Origin: Desulfosoma sp.
Lineage (GTDB): Bacteria > Desulfobacterota > Syntrophobacteria > Syntrophobacterales > DSM-9756
Direction of reading: 5' to 3'
DNA length: 64,000 bases
NCBI GenBank assembly: GCA_037481835.1
Contig: JBBFKW010000004.1
Location: 46,569 to 110,568, forward strand
Part shown: in pieces, positions 1 to 9,631 of the stretch
Position numbering within the stretch: the first letter of the stretch is position 1
Layout: each line of letters starts with the position of its first letter
Program-made: the position numbers and the translations under genes
The notes under the pieces: model-generated
What the model was told of the DNA's origin: nothing
Databases searched by the model: none
The model's input: only the letters and a program-made list of their open reading frames with translations

Positions 1-12
1 TCCCCGGTTCCG

Positions 13-1092
13 TCATGTCCTTTTATTCATAAACTTTTCGTAGGCCAAAAGGAAAGTCTCCACAGCGGCGGGCGGGAGCCTCAGCTGATAGCCCGTTCCC
101 CTTGGGATCTGTCCCCGCCGCAAGGCCGGGTTCAACCTCTTGAGGTCCTCCAGGGGGACGCCCGTCCACTGGGACGCTTGGCTGAGCGTCAAAGGACGAT
201 GGACCCACACGGTCGTAAAAGCCCACAGGGGGGAATAGGTCGGCTTCTGGATGCCGTATTCCTGCAGGTTTCGAAGCACTTCCACGGCCGCCAGCACCTT
301 GGGCACGAACCGGCGGGTCTGTTGGGGCAACGCCCCCTTTTTCCACAGGACCCAAAAGTCGCTGGTGCGACACCGACCCATGGCCTCCTTGACCACCCCA
401 TCTCCTGCATTGTACGCCGCCAGGGCCAGTTCCCAGGACCCGAACTGTTCGTAGAGATCCAAGAGATAAACGGTTGCGGCCCGGGTGGATTTAATGGGGT
501 CGAACCGCTCGTCCACATAGCCGTCCACCCGCAAGCCCAAAGACCGTGCCGTCTTAGGCATGAGCTGCCAGAACCCGGCGGCTCCCGCCCCGGAACTGGC
601 ATGGCCGCGAAATCGGCTTTCCACAAAAACGACGGCAACCAAATCCGACGGAGCGCCCAAGATATCGAGGATTTCCTTCATTACGGGGAGGTAGATCCAT
701 GCCCGGTCCAACATCTCCTGGAAGCCTTCAAGATCCTTAACGGCGTATTCGTGAACCTGCTTTGTGATGCTGGGGTGGGATGGAAAGGAGATGAAGCGCT
801 CTTGAGGACGACCTCCCGGGGAGGGGATTGGGCCCGGGTAGGACGGCGACGCCCCGGATGTGACGGGGACCGCCGCCAGGAACGAGCCGGATGACGCACG
901 GCCGACTGTGTGGTTCGCCCCGAGAAGCTGCTCAAGGGGATCGACCGAGGCGGCGAACGCCTCCGAAAGTCCCGCGAGGGAAAAGCTCATGAAGGCCAAG
1001 AGCAGAATGTAACGTGAGAAAGATCCGATCGCCCTAGCGCGCTCTTCCTGTGGCCGGATAACCCGATGCCTGAGGATAGCCGCCATGCTCAC
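13..1092 (-). CDS. Lytic transglycosylase, MltD-like (SLT domain, N-terminal hydrophobic segment, C-terminal LysM-like region)
   Basis: Motifs VESRF, GAAGFWQLMP, LALAAYNAG, T..FVPK; C-terminal LKRLNPALRR. Confidence 0.85.
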   Translation of the reverse strand: MSMAAILRHRVIRPQEERARAIGSFSRYILLLAFMSFSLAGLSEAFAASVDPLEQLLGANHTVGRASSGSFLAAVPVTSGASPSYPGPIPSPGGRPQERFISFPSHPSITKQVHEYAVKDLEGFQEMLDRAWIYLPVMKEILDILGAPSDLVAVVFVESRFRGHASSGAGAAGFWQLMPKTARSLGLRVDGYVDERFDPIKSTRAATVYLLDLYEQFGSWELALAAYNAGDGVVKEAMGRCRTSDFWVLWKKGALPQQTRRFVPKVLAAVEVLRNLQEYGIQKPTYSPLWAFTTVWVHRPLTLSQASQWTGVPLEDLKRLNPALRRGQIPRGTGYQLRLPPAAVETFLLAYEKFMNKRT

Positions 1093-1440
1093 TCCTTGTT
1101 AAAGATCCACCAAGGGGGCCCCTAGGGAGCGGCCCGTGGTTTCCTGGACTCCTTTAGCCGCCGACCTACGCTGCTGGCAAATCGTGGAAAGGGGCGTTTC
1201 GCGCCTTTTGAGCCCGTATTCACGGATTCCGCCCCCCTCTCGGATCAGGGCGATCCCCTGTGTTTTTCCCTCATGAAGGCGGATTCACTCTTTCACCCGT
1301 TCTGACGGATCCTCCCCTTTTCGGACAAAAACTTTTTTTCACTCGCCTTGGCCCTGCGATTTCTTGTATAGAGGGCCGCTTTCTGGCACCATTTTTGATC
1401 ATGACAGACGGCCTGTCGGGCGAATCGAAGGATGGGGTTT

Positions 1441-2793
1441 ATGAAGGATAAGAGAGAGAGGGCCGCGGTGGTGAGCCTCGGCTGCGCCAAGAACCTGGTA
1501 GACAGCGAGGTACTGGCACACCAGATAAGCTTTCTAGGCTATGAACTGACCGACGATGCCTCCCAAGCCAGTCTCGTTGTGGTGAATACCTGCGGCTTTT
1601 TGGAATCGGCGGTGGAAGAAGCCGTGGAGCGGATCCTGGATCTGGCCCGCTTCAAGGAAGAAGGCTCTTGCACCCACCTGGTTGTGGCGGGGTGCATGGT
1701 GCAGCGCTACGGTCGCAAATTGATTTCCCTCCTGCCGGAAGTGGATCTTTTTCTCGGCACGTCCCAGTACGATCGCTTTGCGGCCCTTTTCCAGGAATTC
1801 CGTGAAAAGGGCTTTCCGAAAATGCATCTTTCCCGCCCTACATATCTTTATCGCGGCGGCATTTCGAGGCTTCCGTCCACACCGGCGCACTGGACCTACG
1901 TGAAGATCGCCGAAGGGTGCAGCAACCGCTGCTCTTTTTGCCTCATTCCGTCTCTGAGGGGGCCGTACCGAAGCCGTACCGTTGACGATGTTGCGGCCGA
2001 AGTGGGACGCCTTGCGGAAGCGGGAGTGGTGGAGGTCAATCTCATTGCCCAGGACACGACGGCCTTCGGCAGCGATCGCCGCGACCCGAGCGCACTGTGC
2101 CGGCTTCTGGAAGCCTTGGAAGGCGTCAAATCGCTGCGATGGGTACGGCTTCTCTATGCCTACCCCTACGGCGTCACCGACGCCCTCCTAAAGACCATGG
2201 CGTCCAGTTCCAAGGTGGTCCCTTACTTGGACATCCCCTTTCAGCACTGCGTCCCCAGAATTTTGGACGCCATGCATCGACGGGGCGGAAGTCTTCGTCC
2301 CCATGAAGTTATCGACCGCATTCGAAAGCACCTGCCCAACGCAGCACTAAGAACGTCGCTCATGGTAGGCTTTCCCGGAGAAACCGAAGAGGATTTCCGG
2401 GCGTTGTGTCGATTCGTGGAAGACGTTCGATTCGACCACATGGGGGTTTTTGCCTTTTCCCCGGAAAAGGGATGCCGGGCCGCCCGCTATCCCGATGCCG
2501 TGCCGGATGAGGTGAAAGAGGCACGCCGTGCGGCACTCATGGACCTTCAGCGTGACATCTCCCGAAGCATCCTCCGGCGCTTGGTCGGACGCGTCCTGCC
2601 CGTCCTGGTGGAAGGGGCTCACCCGGAAACGGAATTCTTGGCCGTGGGGCGCTTACCCGGGCAAGCCCCGGAAGTGGACGGCTGCGCCCTGATTGTTGAG
2701 GGAAACGCCCGTATCGGCGACATCGTCCCCGGGGAAATCCTCAAAGCCCACGACTACGACGTGGAAGTGCGTCTAAGGATGGAAAGATTTTGA
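1441..2793 (+). CDS. rimO: Ribosomal protein S12 methylthiotransferase
   Basis: SLGCAKNLVDSE, VNTCGF, radical SAM motif CSNRCSFC, C-terminal TRAM domain with APEVDG. Confidence 0.95.
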   Translation: MKDKRERAAVVSLGCAKNLVDSEVLAHQISFLGYELTDDASQASLVVVNTCGFLESAVEEAVERILDLARFKEEGSCTHLVVAGCMVQRYGRKLISLLPEVDLFLGTSQYDRFAALFQEFREKGFPKMHLSRPTYLYRGGISRLPSTPAHWTYVKIAEGCSNRCSFCLIPSLRGPYRSRTVDDVAAEVGRLAEAGVVEVNLIAQDTTAFGSDRRDPSALCRLLEALEGVKSLRWVRLLYAYPYGVTDALLKTMASSSKVVPYLDIPFQHCVPRILDAMHRRGGSLRPHEVIDRIRKHLPNAALRTSLMVGFPGETEEDFRALCRFVEDVRFDHMGVFAFSPEKGCRAARYPDAVPDEVKEARRAALMDLQRDISRSILRRLVGRVLPVLVEGAHPETEFLAVGRLPGQAPEVDGCALIVEGNARIGDIVPGEILKAHDYDVEVRLRMERF

Positions 2794-2818
2794 CACCCTT
2801 TGTCTTTTTCGCTATGAA
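2790..2818 (+). promoter_or_regulatory. Putative sigma70 promoter upstream of ispB
   Basis: TTGACA-17 bp-TATGAA overlapping the rimO stop codon. Confidence 0.4.
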
Positions 2819-2874
2819 CCGGGTCGGATTTTCCTAACCGAAAGCCCCGATGCCAGCCCGGCACGGGATTCTCC

Positions 2875-3921
2875 TTGAGGAGTAAAGCCGCCGCCGTGAC
2901 CGTGCCCGTCTCCCCCCCCTTCAGCCATCCCCCCGTAACCGGCGATGTGCTCAAAGCCCGGATTTACGCGAGCATACGCCCGGAATTGGACCGGATCGAA
3001 AAAGCCATACGGAGGCATTTAAGCTCCAGTGTTCCGCTCATCGAGGTCGTTGGGCGCTATATCATGGAAAGCGGCGGCAAACGCCTGAGGCCGCTTCTGA
3101 TGGTTCTCTCTGCCAAGCTCTGCGGCTATCGCGGCACCCGGGATGCCGATCTTTCCGTGGTTTTCGAATTTCTCCACGCGGCAACCCTTCTGCACGACGA
3201 TGTGGTGGACAATGCGGAAATTCGGCGCACAAAGCCCGCCGCCAACACCCTGTGGGGCAATCCGGCCGTCGTGCTGGTCGGGGATTTTCTCTATTCCAAA
3301 GCCATTCTCATGACTGTCTTGTACGAAAATCTCCGGATTCTCGAAGTCCTCTCGGAGACGACCACGCGCATGGCCGAGGGGGAGGTCCTTCAGCTTATCC
3401 ATTCCGATGATTTGGAAACGGATGAGCCGGCTTATATGGAGGTCATCATCCGCAAGACGGCGGTCCTCATGAGCGCGGCCTGTCAAATCGGGGCGATCTT
3501 CGCCGAGGCTCCGCCCGCTCAGGAAAACGCCCTTCGCGACTACGGCCGCCATTTGGGGATAGCTTTCCAGCTGATCGACGACGCCTTGGATTACGTGGGA
3601 ACCGTCGGGGAATTGGGAAAACCCGTGGGCAACGACCTTCAGGAGGGGAAAGCCACCCTGCCGCTCATCTACGCCATGGCCCAGGCGGACTCCGATGGCC
3701 GGGACTTGATTCGCAGGGTTTTTACCGCCGACACACAAACCCCTCAGGAGATCCAGGCCGTCCAGCGGGTGGTTCAGGAATTGGGCGGGGTGGATTACAC
3801 GGTTCGGCGCGCCGCCGAACATGTGGCCGCGGCCAAGAAGAATCTGCAAAGCTTTCCTGCGAGTCCCACCAGATCCCTTCTCGAGGATATAGCCGACTAC
3901 GTCCTGTGCCGGCGCTCCTAG
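2875..3921 (+). CDS. ispB: Polyprenyl (octaprenyl-like) diphosphate synthase; true start may be GTG 2896 or 2947
   Basis: GGKRLRP, LLHDDVVD, LIDDALD, NDLQEGKATLP. Confidence 0.9.
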   Translation: MRSKAAAVTVPVSPPFSHPPVTGDVLKARIYASIRPELDRIEKAIRRHLSSSVPLIEVVGRYIMESGGKRLRPLLMVLSAKLCGYRGTRDADLSVVFEFLHAATLLHDDVVDNAEIRRTKPAANTLWGNPAVVLVGDFLYSKAILMTVLYENLRILEVLSETTTRMAEGEVLQLIHSDDLETDEPAYMEVIIRKTAVLMSAACQIGAIFAEAPPAQENALRDYGRHLGIAFQLIDDALDYVGTVGELGKPVGNDLQEGKATLPLIYAMAQADSDGRDLIRRVFTADTQTPQEIQAVQRVVQELGGVDYTVRRAAEHVAAAKKNLQSFPASPTRSLLEDIADYVLCRRS

Positions 3922-4046
3922 CCCCCTTCGGCCGCCCGGTCCACAAGCGGGCCGGAGGTCGCGCTCCCAGGAAAAACATCGCCATTTTTTATTATCGGAG
4001 AAGCTCTAGGGTTTGTGAGGAGATGGGGGTCGGGGAAAAGGGGTTT

Positions 4047-4147
4047 CGTTGGGATTCGCTTCGCTCACCCCAACCTACACCTACACCTTGCCGGCCCACA
4101 TCCTTGAATAAACGCGTCGGTTGGGTTTAGCGAAGCGAACCCCAACG
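4047..4147. repeat. Inverted pair of GTAG-family REP-like palindromes (REP doublet)
   Basis: 4047-4078 reads on the minus strand GTAGGTTGGGGTGAGCGAAGCGAATCCCAACG; 4116-4147 reads GTCGGTTGGGTTTAGCGAAGCGAACCCCAACG. Confidence 0.8.
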
Positions 4148-4495
4148 GACATTTTGTTTCGGCGGAACGACAAACCATGGAGGTCCGGCCTTCTGAGGCT
4201 CTGAACCCGACTTTCATCCAAACACGGCCGATGAGCCATTGCCGGACAAACTCCCTGAGCCTTTCGGCCCGCAACCCATGGGGCTCTCGAGCCTTCTCGA
4301 CGGCGGCGCGCCGATCCGGCCCGACGCCGTCCTTGCCAAAGGGGCCTGACGTCAGGCGTCCTGCCGGCACGCCGTCCCCCTCCATCCGCTTGCCCTCACA
4401 TGACCTGCCGTGATAAACGAAGCCCGGGTTTGCGAGCGGTACGGCTCTTTGCAGAAGGCGCGCGCCCGATAAATTACCCGGAGAAAAAGCGCTCA

Positions 4496-5209
4496 GTGAA
4501 CGAGACCGCATCTTCATGCGAAGGATCATGGTATCCGCTGTTCCTATCCCTGACCGATCGGGTGTGTCTGGTTGTGGGAGGCGGGGCCGTGGGCGAAAGA
4601 AAGGTGCGGAAACTTTTGGAGCACGGGGCCCGGGTCCGGTTGGTGGCTGAGGTGCTCAGCCCGTGGCTTGAGCAGGCGCGGCGGCGGGAAACTCTGTGCT
4701 ATCTCGGACCGGCGTACTGCAGTGACCACATGGTCGGGGTGGACCTGGTTTTTGCCGCCACCAACGACGACGCCTTGAATCGCCGGATCGCCGAGGATGC
4801 TCGCCGAAGACGCGTCTGGTGCAACATGGCCTCCTCCCCGCACTTGGGAACCTGTCTTGTGCCGGCGTCCTTTCGCCGCGGGCCTTTGACCATCGCCGTG
4901 GCCACGGAAGGGCTGAGTCCCGCCGTCGCCAGGCGGATCCGCCAAAACCTTGAGGAACAGTTCGGCCCGGAATGGGAACCCTGCTTGCGTTTTCTCGGGT
5001 TCTTGCGCCGCGAAATTCAAGATCGCACCCGGGACAGCGCCCTCAATCAGGAACTCTTTCGGGCTCTTGCGGACCTGCCGCTCACCGAGTGGATCCGGCA
5101 GGGCCGGTTTGCCGAAATGACTGACGCCGTCTGCGATCTCTGCCGGGGGATCGTGCCCCATGAGCAGGTGGCTTCCTTATGGGACAAGGCATGGAACACG
5201 TCCTGCTGA
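4496..5209 (+). CDS. sirC: Precorrin-2 dehydrogenase/sirohydrochlorin ferrochelatase (CysG N-terminal / SirC type)
   Basis: YPLFL..CLVVGGGAVGERK Rossmann motif, AATND, SPAVARRIR; GTG start with GGAG upstream. Confidence 0.85.
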   Translation: MNETASSCEGSWYPLFLSLTDRVCLVVGGGAVGERKVRKLLEHGARVRLVAEVLSPWLEQARRRETLCYLGPAYCSDHMVGVDLVFAATNDDALNRRIAEDARRRRVWCNMASSPHLGTCLVPASFRRGPLTIAVATEGLSPAVARRIRQNLEEQFGPEWEPCLRFLGFLRREIQDRTRDSALNQELFRALADLPLTEWIRQGRFAEMTDAVCDLCRGIVPHEQVASLWDKAWNTSC

Positions 5210-6015
5210 TCCTGGCGGCATGCGTCTACTGCATCGGGTCCGTGGGCTATTTCGTTTTCCTGGTCCGCAACGAGGAAAACGTCCATCGGGCGGCATTGGG
5301 CATATTGGTGGCCGGGGCGGTTTTTCACGGCACGGCCATCGTGCTGCGCTCCGCGGCCGCGGGGCACCTGGCCGTGACCACCCTTTCGGAAGCCCTGTCG
5401 TTCTTCGCCTGGCTCATGGTCGTGGCCTATGTGCTCATCCAAAACCGCTTGCGGCTGAGGGTCCTGGGGAGCTTTGTGGCGCCCTTGGCCGCTGCGTTCA
5501 TGTTCGGTTCGGCCATCCTGCCTTCGCACATGATCCCCGCAACCCCGCTCCTCAAAAGCACCTGGGTGTGGATTCACGTCAGCACGCTCTTCGGGGCCAA
5601 CGCCCTGTTCGCGGTGGCGTGTGCCGCCGGCATTCTTTACCTCTATCAGGAACGGGCCATTAAGAGGAAAAGGCTCGGGCCCCTCTACGGTCGCCTGCCG
5701 TCTCTGGAGCGGCTGGATCGTGTCAATCACGTCTGTCTGCTCATCGGATTTCCCCTCATGACCGTGGGGCTCCTCGCCGGCTTTCTCTACGCCAGCACGG
5801 TGTGGAAATCACCGTGGAATTGGGATCCCAAGGAAATTTTCGCCCTGATCACGTGGCTCATCTACGCCGTCCTGCTGCATGAGCGCCTCGCCGTGGGCTG
5901 GCGGGGCCGAAGGGCGGCGTGGCTGGCCATTTTGGGCTTTTCCGCCGTCTTGATCACCTTTTTAGGCGTCAATCTCTTCCTAAAAGGGCATCATACCCTT
6001 TTCGTCACTCAATGA
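5191..6015 (+). CDS. ccsA: Cytochrome c biogenesis protein CcsA/CcsB family (HemX-like)
   Basis: Multiple TM helices, WNWDPKE WWD domain, GWRGRRAA. Confidence 0.85.
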   Translation: MEHVLLILAACVYCIGSVGYFVFLVRNEENVHRAALGILVAGAVFHGTAIVLRSAAAGHLAVTTLSEALSFFAWLMVVAYVLIQNRLRLRVLGSFVAPLAAAFMFGSAILPSHMIPATPLLKSTWVWIHVSTLFGANALFAVACAAGILYLYQERAIKRKRLGPLYGRLPSLERLDRVNHVCLLIGFPLMTVGLLAGFLYASTVWKSPWNWDPKEIFALITWLIYAVLLHERLAVGWRGRRAAWLAILGFSAVLITFLGVNLFLKGHHTLFVTQ

Positions 6016-6025
6016 GGATGCGGCG

Positions 6026-7330
6026 ATGGACATCTACCTTGTCGGCATGAATCACAAGACGGCCCCGGTGGACATTCGGGAGCGCATCGCCCAGGTCTGT
6101 CGAATGGATGCCAACCCGCTGGAGCAGCGGCCCCATTGCAAGGCCGTGGAAGAATTGTTTTTCCTTTCCACGTGCAATCGCGTCGAGTTTCTCTTTACCA
6201 CGCGAAACGGATCCGACGGCGTCGAGGAAATCACGGACCTCATGGTCCGCCTCATCGGCCTGCCCAAGGAGATGGTGCTCAAGCATTTTTATGTTCATAA
6301 GAATCTGGAAGCCGTGCGGCATCTTTTCCGCGTCGCATCCGGTTTGGATTCCATGGTGGTCGGCGAACCCCAGATCCTGGGCCAGATCAAGGACGCCTAT
6401 CGGGAAGCGACCCAATACCGGACGGTGGGTGTGGTCTTGAACCGGCTGTTACACAAGACCTTTTCCGTAGCCAAACGCGTGCGCACGGAAACCAACATCG
6501 GCTGTCACGCGGTGTCGGTGAGCTATGCCGCGGTGGAGCTTGCGAAAAAAATCTTCGGGGACCTCAGGGACAAACGGGTCATGCTCGTCGGCGCCGGAGA
6601 GATGGCCGAACTGGCCGCCGAGCATTTTCGGGGCCAAGGCGTTCGGGACATGGTCGTTGTCAATCGGACGTTGGAACGTGCCGTAGAGTTGGGCCGGCGT
6701 TTTCATGCCCAGACAGTCCCCTTCGCCCACTTCCCCGACGCCCTCCTGGACGTGGACATCGTGCTGTGCTCCACGGCGGCCGCCCAACCCATCCTTACCG
6801 CCGCCGACCTTAAACCCCGCATGCGCAAGCGCAAGAACCGCCCCTTGTTTTTCATTGACATCGCCATGCCGCGCAACGTGGATCCCAAGGTCCACGAAAT
6901 CGACAATGTCTACCTTTATGACATCGATGACCTCAAAGGCATCGTGGACCTGAACCTTTCGGAAAGGCGCCACGAGGCGGAAAAGGCCCAGTTCATCATC
7001 GACACCGAAACCTTGCAGTTTCAACAGTGGCTCCAGACCCTGGACGTGGTGCCGACCATTATCGCGTTGCGCCGTAAGGCCGAAAGCATTCGGCAGGCGG
7101 AACTGCGCAAGACCCTTTCCCAACTGCCCGGATTGGGCGATAAGGAAAAGGAAGCCATCGGAGTCTTGACGGAGTCGATGATCAAGAAGCTCCTGCACGA
7201 TCCCATTGTCTTCCTCAAGAAGAAATCGGTGCGGGAATCCAAAAAACTCTATGTCAGTTTCACGCGGCAGTTGTTCAATCTCGATCAGGAGGACGCGCCG
7301 GCACGCTCGCTTGACTGCACCGACGGGTGA
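6026..7330 (+). CDS. hemA: Glutamyl-tRNA reductase
   Basis: GMNHKTAP, LSTCNRVE, GLDSMVVGEPQILGQ, GAGEMA. Confidence 0.97.
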   Translation: MDIYLVGMNHKTAPVDIRERIAQVCRMDANPLEQRPHCKAVEELFFLSTCNRVEFLFTTRNGSDGVEEITDLMVRLIGLPKEMVLKHFYVHKNLEAVRHLFRVASGLDSMVVGEPQILGQIKDAYREATQYRTVGVVLNRLLHKTFSVAKRVRTETNIGCHAVSVSYAAVELAKKIFGDLRDKRVMLVGAGEMAELAAEHFRGQGVRDMVVVNRTLERAVELGRRFHAQTVPFAHFPDALLDVDIVLCSTAAAQPILTAADLKPRMRKRKNRPLFFIDIAMPRNVDPKVHEIDNVYLYDIDDLKGIVDLNLSERRHEAEKAQFIIDTETLQFQQWLQTLDVVPTIIALRRKAESIRQAELRKTLSQLPGLGDKEKEAIGVLTESMIKKLLHDPIVFLKKKSVRESKKLYVSFTRQLFNLDQEDAPARSLDCTDG

Positions 7331-7395
7331 TGTTAACGATCGGAGCCGCCGGCCGGCGCAAAAGCCGGCCGAAGGCTGTAAGACAGGGGGGCGCT

Positions 7396-7800
7396 ATGGC
7401 GGAAATCCTTGAATTCGGTAAGAAAAGACATGACGGCGCCAAGGCCGAAAGAGACGCCGAAGATCGCCGCCGAAAGGTGGAGGCCCTGCGGAGCCTCTTT
7501 CAGTGCAGTCGATGCGCCTTCAAATGCGCCAAATGCGGCACCCAGCTGGACCAGGCGGATCGCTCCGGGCACCGATATGCCAGCCCATATCCGTTGTGTC
7601 GCCATTGCCACGAGGAATACCAGGAATACCGAATGCGCCTGGACCACCCCGACCGACCCGCCGCCCAGTACTGGCACAATGCCCTGTGGATGGGGGTGTG
7701 GGAAAGCTGGCTGGAACACCAAAGGCGGCTGGACGAATACCGCCGATCCAAAGAATTTCTCCAACTGGTGCAGGAAGTGGAAGAACTTTTGGGAACTTAA
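7396..7800 (+). CDS. Hypothetical Cys-rich (probable Zn-binding) protein
   Basis: CSRC-x3-CAKC...CRHC; GGGGG RBS-like run; coding-like composition. Confidence 0.7.
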   Translation: MAEILEFGKKRHDGAKAERDAEDRRRKVEALRSLFQCSRCAFKCAKCGTQLDQADRSGHRYASPYPLCRHCHEEYQEYRMRLDHPDRPAAQYWHNALWMGVWESWLEHQRRLDEYRRSKEFLQLVQEVEELLGT

Positions 7801-7821
7801 CGTCGAGCAAGGAGCCCTCAC

Positions 7822-8034
7822 ATGATTGGTGGCATCGGCATGTCCGAATTGTTGGTCATCTTGGTGATCGTTCTCATCATCTTCGGCGCCGGAAAGTTGC
7901 CTGAAATCGGCGCCGGTTTGGGAAAGGGCATCCGCAACTTCAAGAAGGCGACGCAGGAAGAGCCGGAACTTCCTGAGAAGAAAATGGAAAAGATTGAAGC
8001 CCCGGCAGGGGGAACGGAAAAGCCCTCCAGCTGA
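7822..8034 (+). CDS. tatA: Twin-arginine translocase subunit TatA
   Basis: [45 protein letters not shown]. Confidence 0.95.
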   Translation: MIGGIGMSELLVILVIVLIIFGAGKLPEIGAGLGKGIRNFKKATQEEPELPEKKMEKIEAPAGGTEKPSS

Positions 8035-8166
8035 GGCCTGGGCGGTTCCTTAAATCCGAGGCCCTGACGAGCGCTCCCCTCCTTCCCCATGCTTTCGGGG
8101 CGGGCTTTGCGCCCCTTGGTCGAGCCGCCGCGCGGCGCCGCTCGCCGTGCTCCGGAACGAAAACTT

Positions 8167-8637
8167 TCAAAACGGGATGTCGTCCCCTTGGGGTCCGGGC
8201 ATTTCCGGCAAGGCATCGGGAAAGGGCTCTTCGGCCTTGGGTTTTGGACCCGGCTCCCGGCGCAAAGGCGCCTGGCCCGTTTCGGCGTGAACCGGCGCAT
8301 CCCGCCCGCTGTCGAGAAAGCCCACATCGGAGGCCACGATTTCCGTCGTCGATCGGCGCACGCCCTGGGCATCCTCCCACTGGTTGGTTCGCAGCCGCCC
8401 TTCCACGTAGACCAGACGTCCCTTGGAAAGGTAATTGGCGCAGTTTTCGGCGATCTTGCCGAACACCACGATGCGGTGCCATTCGGTGCGGTTTTCCCAA
8501 TTGCCTTCTCCAGCCGGCACCCTTTCGTCCGTCGCCAGGTTGAAGCGCACCACCGGCAATCCGCTTTGGGTATAGCGCACATCGGGATCGGCGCCCAATC
8601 GGCCGATAAGAATGACCTTGTTCAAAGTCCGCGCCAT
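8167..8637 (-). CDS. ssb: Single-stranded DNA-binding protein
   Basis: LNKVILIGRLGADP, TEWHRIV, C-terminal DDIPF. Confidence 0.97.
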   Translation of the reverse strand: MARTLNKVILIGRLGADPDVRYTQSGLPVVRFNLATDERVPAGEGNWENRTEWHRIVVFGKIAENCANYLSKGRLVYVEGRLRTNQWEDAQGVRRSTTEIVASDVGFLDSGRDAPVHAETGQAPLRREPGPKPKAEEPFPDALPEMPGPQGDDIPF

Positions 8638-8777
8638 GACGTCCCTCGCCTTTCTATGGCCGCTGGGGCCGTTTTGCTGCAAAATACCGGCATGTTTCGA
8701 AACGCCCTTATTTTAATGATTCTATAACACAGGCCCTTCTGTCGTCACAAGCTCGGCGTGACGTGCCGCGAACGAAG

Positions 8778-8806
8778 TTGACTCCATGGGGGAAAGCCTT
8801 TACACT
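8778..8806 (+). promoter_or_regulatory. Putative sigma70 promoter of the plsC-rnj-ftsK operon
   Basis: TTGACT-17 bp-TACACT. Confidence 0.6.
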
Positions 8807-8863
8807 CTCGCCCGTTCAAGGATTTTAAGTCCTTTTTCCCTATAGTTAAATCGAGGGTCCCGC

Positions 8864-9631
8864 ATGAGGTGTGTGCGTACGGTTACTTTTTACGCCATGT
8901 TGCTCGTCTCGACGATCCTTTTGGGGATTTCGGCCATCACCATCGTCCTGGTCACCCGCAGAAGCGACTGGGCCCATTTGTGCGGCCGCCTGTGGGGAAA
9001 TCTCAATTTATGGGCGGCTGGGGTCACCGTGGACGTCCTGGGAAGGGAAAACCTGGATCCTCGAAAACCCGTGGTGTATGCCGCCAATCACCAAAGCTGG
9101 TTCGATATCTTCGCCATCCTGGGGAAACTCCCGGTGCAATTTCGATGGCTGGCCAAGGAAGAACTGTTTCGCATCCCCATCATGGGATACGCCATGCGGC
9201 TGATCGGCTACGTGCCCATTGACCGTTCCGACCGGAGAAAAGCTTTTCAGAGTCTGGAAGAAGCCTCCCAGCGAGTTCGCGAAGGGACGTCCGTCGTCAT
9301 TTTTCCCGAAGGCACTCGAAGCCGGGACGGGGTCATCCAGCCCTTCAAGAAAGGCGGCATCATTTTGGCCATCAAGTCAGGGCAGCCCATCGTGCCGGTC
9401 AGTTTGAGCGGATCTTACAAGATTCTTCCCAAAGGGGGCCGCCTGGTGCGCCCGGGGCGGATCCGCATGACCATCGGCACTCCCATCGAGACGGCCTCCA
9501 TGACCCTGGAAGACCGGGACCGCGTGATTCACATGGTCCGCGAAGCCATAAGGCTCCACCTCACCGAAAGGGAAGGGGGCTTGCTGAGCGACGATCCACC
9601 CGTCGCACAGGTCCGCCCCGCCGTTCTATGA
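8864..9631 (+). CDS. plsC: 1-acyl-sn-glycerol-3-phosphate acyltransferase
   Basis: NHQSWFD, IFPEGTRS. Confidence 0.9.
   Translation: MRCVRTVTFYAMLLVSTILLGISAITIVLVTRRSDWAHLCGRLWGNLNLWAAGVTVDVLGRENLDPRKPVVYAANHQSWFDIFAILGKLPVQFRWLAKEELFRIPIMGYAMRLIGYVPIDRSDRRKAFQSLEEASQRVREGTSVVIFPEGTRSRDGVIQPFKKGGIILAIKSGQPIVPVSLSGSYKILPKGGRLVRPGRIRMTIGTPIETASMTLEDRDRVIHMVREAIRLHLTEREGGLLSDDPPVAQVRPAVL

Noticed and set aside
1093..1270. c-di-AMP or c-di-GMP riboswitch upstream of the transglycosylase
   Set aside because: Only fragments (GCGGAATCC, GTAGG, GCTAA) resemble the consensus and I could not build the conserved helices; an Rfam scan would settle it
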